Below are positions 61,605-64,000 of a stretch of 64,000 nucleotides of DNA, piece after piece. Each line of letters opens with the position of its first letter. Position 1 is the first letter of the stretch. Below the pieces are notes generated by a model. The model had not been told where the DNA came from. It saw only the letters and a program-made list of their open reading frames with translations, and did not search any database. The stretch is taken from positions 386,538-450,537 of the forward strand of contig MU004235.1 of assembly GCA_010405405.1 (NCBI GenBank), given 5' to 3'. Position numbers and translations under genes: made by a program. This DNA is from Microthyrium microscopicum. Lineage: Eukaryota.

Positions 61605-63991
61605 ATGGCCCAGCTCGACTTGACTTGCTCCAAGCTCCTCACCCTCAAGGACGCTTCCAAGTCCCTCTCAACTCTGTGTATGCTATCTTTCTAGAGCCAT
61701 TGAGCTGTTCAGCTTGCTAACTTGTTCGTTCTAGGTCGATCACATCCTCTACCAGAATGTCCGACCCTGCTCTCTGATCGTAAGACTCCCATTGCAACTC
61801 AGTTCAGTCACACAAACTCCCTATACATACATTACTCCCCCGATAGCAAGCTATGCGCCGGCCTCCACACCAGTCGCATACAAAATCTATTGTTATAGTC
61901 GCCCATTCTACGCTCTTCTCATCTCCTTCCTGACTTTACACGCACCATCACTGGTCAGACTCTTTTATCTTGCCTCCTTATCCCCGCCTTGCCCACAAGC
62001 CACATTCTATTTATAGCTAACAATCAACAGTTGGTGATTTCTACAATGCGATAGTCGATATATCGATCGTTCTGTTCGGCCAGGAATATAACTCGCGTAC
62101 CGATGTCGACCATCTCACTACCCAAATCGAAGGAGCGGCGCACGATGCTCACCAAGATATCGCCCTGCTGAGTACGGACATTCAATACAATATATCTGGT
62201 CATCCAGACGACTATTCCCGGATCAAAGATTTGAGCTACCAAGTTTATAAACATACCAAAACTTTTGCGAAGCTCTTGGATAAGACAAAAGGCCGAGAAG
62301 ACTGGTCTAAGCTGTCTGTCAAGGTACCTTCTGAGTCTACCAAGAATCAAAAGGGATCATTGTCTCCAAATACAAAGTCGGTTTCATTTGACAGCTCGTC
62401 TCTGTCTGCCGGCAGCAGATCTGCTCCTACGAGCCCGTATCAACCCACCGTAGAAGAGATCCCGGACGGTGGGGAGGATGAGGAGACTCATGGGGTTCAG
62501 GAATACCATGTCGATCCACCCTTGTTCCCCCAGTCCAAGGCTGGAGCCTCAGCCACATACAACCTTGCGCGGGCGCCTGAGCGAACTACTCCGTCACCAC
62601 CGAGAGTAGTGCTTCGCACTGCAACTGATCCAAAGACATTGGAGTCGCAAGTTCACTCCTTGCACTTTGATGATGATGAGGGCGCAGCCCAGCCAACTGG
62701 CGTTGCTGAAGCATGGAGGAATATGGGCAACCCTGTTCGGGCATCGCCAAAGAACGCGGACATGGATTCTTCATTTCACAGTGTAACTGCGTCTTCGAGA
62801 CCTAGCACTCGCGAGTCAATCGAAGATGAGATATCCCGTCTTCACGAGGAAATAGAAAAGCTCAAAGCTTCCAAAGGCAAGTCATCGAGTTCAAAAGGCT
62901 CAACGCAAAGTGTCTACTCTACACCACCTACCAGAACAATTGAGGAACCACCTAGAAAAACATATATGGAACCACCCAAGACCACTGGTCGAACTCGTGC
63001 CTACACATCTACTGGTGCCGAAACACGGCCTACCATGCGAATGCCCGAGACAGAAGATTCTTCACGCTATGGCCGTCCACCACACGTCTCTCCTCGATAC
63101 TCACCAATATCACCACCTTCTCCCCGCTACAGCGACCGAGAGGCACGTCGTCCAAAACCTACTCACCTGAAGTCGGAGCCCATGTACGGTCCTGGGCCTA
63201 ACACGTCCTTGCCTACCTTCCTAGAATCAGGTCCCCGACCGGTTGGCCTGGGGGTCGACGCAAATCAGAACAAGCGAGCCTCTTGGGCTGGTCCACCCGA
63301 TAACTACGACCCGCAGCAGTTCTCCAACTACGGCCCTGACCCTCCTCTATTTGCGGAAACACCTACCTCACCCAAACCACGAACCCCACGACCAGACAGT
63401 GATGACCTACCAGCAGGTGTCACGCAGAAGAAGCTGCCCGTCACACTGGAAGATATGTGTCTCGGAGCCTCCAAAAAGGTCCGCTTCAAGCGCCGCGTCC
63501 CCGATGCTATGGGCGTACGCCTGATTGATGACGTTCGCATTCTCACAGTACAAATCTACCCTGGCCTCAAACCCGGCTCACGCATCAAGCACGCGCATGA
63601 AGGCGACTATGATCCCGCCACCGGACGACTTGGCGAAGTCTGGTTCAGCCTTGACGAACAACCACACCCTACCTATGAGCGCCGTGACCGTGATCTATAC
63701 TGCACACTTAGCATACCACTAGCAGACGCATTATGTGGCTGGAAGCGCACAGTCAAAAGCGTCTGTGGCAAAGATGTGACTGTACGACACAAAGGCGTGA
63801 CACCTAACGGTTGGAAAGAATGCTTTGCCGGCTTGGGCATGCCAAAATACGATCGTGAGAACCGGATGGTGGGCGGCGACAGAGGCGACTTGTGGGTGGA
63901 AGTTAAGGTGCAGGTGCCATCGAGAGAGTTGGAAGAGTGGCAGAAGGATATGGTGAAACGCGCTTTGGGTGCGAATCCTGGGCGGTATTAA
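61605..63991 (+). CDS. Atypical Hsp40-like protein: helical N-terminus, long S/P-rich linker, DnaJ C-terminal domain; exons 61605-61677, 61735-61779, 62031-63991
   Basis: DnaJ_C: KLPVTLEDMCLGASKKV, IYPGLKPGSRI, EQPHPTYERRDRDL, IPLADALCGW, GLGMP, RGDLWVEVKV. Two canonical introns extend the ORF to MAQLDLTCSKLL. Confidence 0.8.
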
Positions 63992-64000
63992 TGGTGTGTG

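Noticed and set aside
1..64000. Prokaryotic-type systems, autonomous transposons, RIP-degraded AT-rich blocks, PKS/NRPS cluster
   Set aside because: No CRISPR array, transposase/RT/integrase ORF, strongly AT-rich tract or core biosynthetic gene was seen.

Overview
Gene-dense, intron-containing genomic DNA from a filamentous ascomycete. The evidence is GT-AG introns of about 45-60 nt with CTRAC branch points and Pezizomycotina-type proteins; a Dothideomycete is a guess. About 27 protein-coding genes can be modelled by splicing. Housekeeping genes are the AMPK/SNF1 beta subunit, MMM1, a FLC/TRP-like channel, ATP7, CWC27, PGS1, kinesin-8, RSM27 and VPS45. Accessory genes are an APH/kinase-like protein, MFS and amino-acid transporters, an SDR, Zn-cluster regulators, two GNATs, a TauD dioxygenase, an SRR1-domain protein, a thioesterase, an alpha/beta hydrolase, an RRM protein and a DnaJ-C protein. 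There is also an intron-containing tRNA-Thr(CGT). Three observations stand out. (1) A family of mutually related, long, hairpin-forming introns lies within the kinase-like gene (introner-like elements), and other long fold-back introns occur elsewhere. (2) An 851-bp miniature LTR retroelement (TRIM-like) has identical TG..CA LTRs, a target-site duplication and a tRNA-Lys-like primer-binding site. (3) A two-RRM gene has a clean splice model only if an in-frame TAG is recoded, making it a candidate for A-to-I stop correction or read-through. All gene models and alignments were made by eye; no database searches or folding programs were run.
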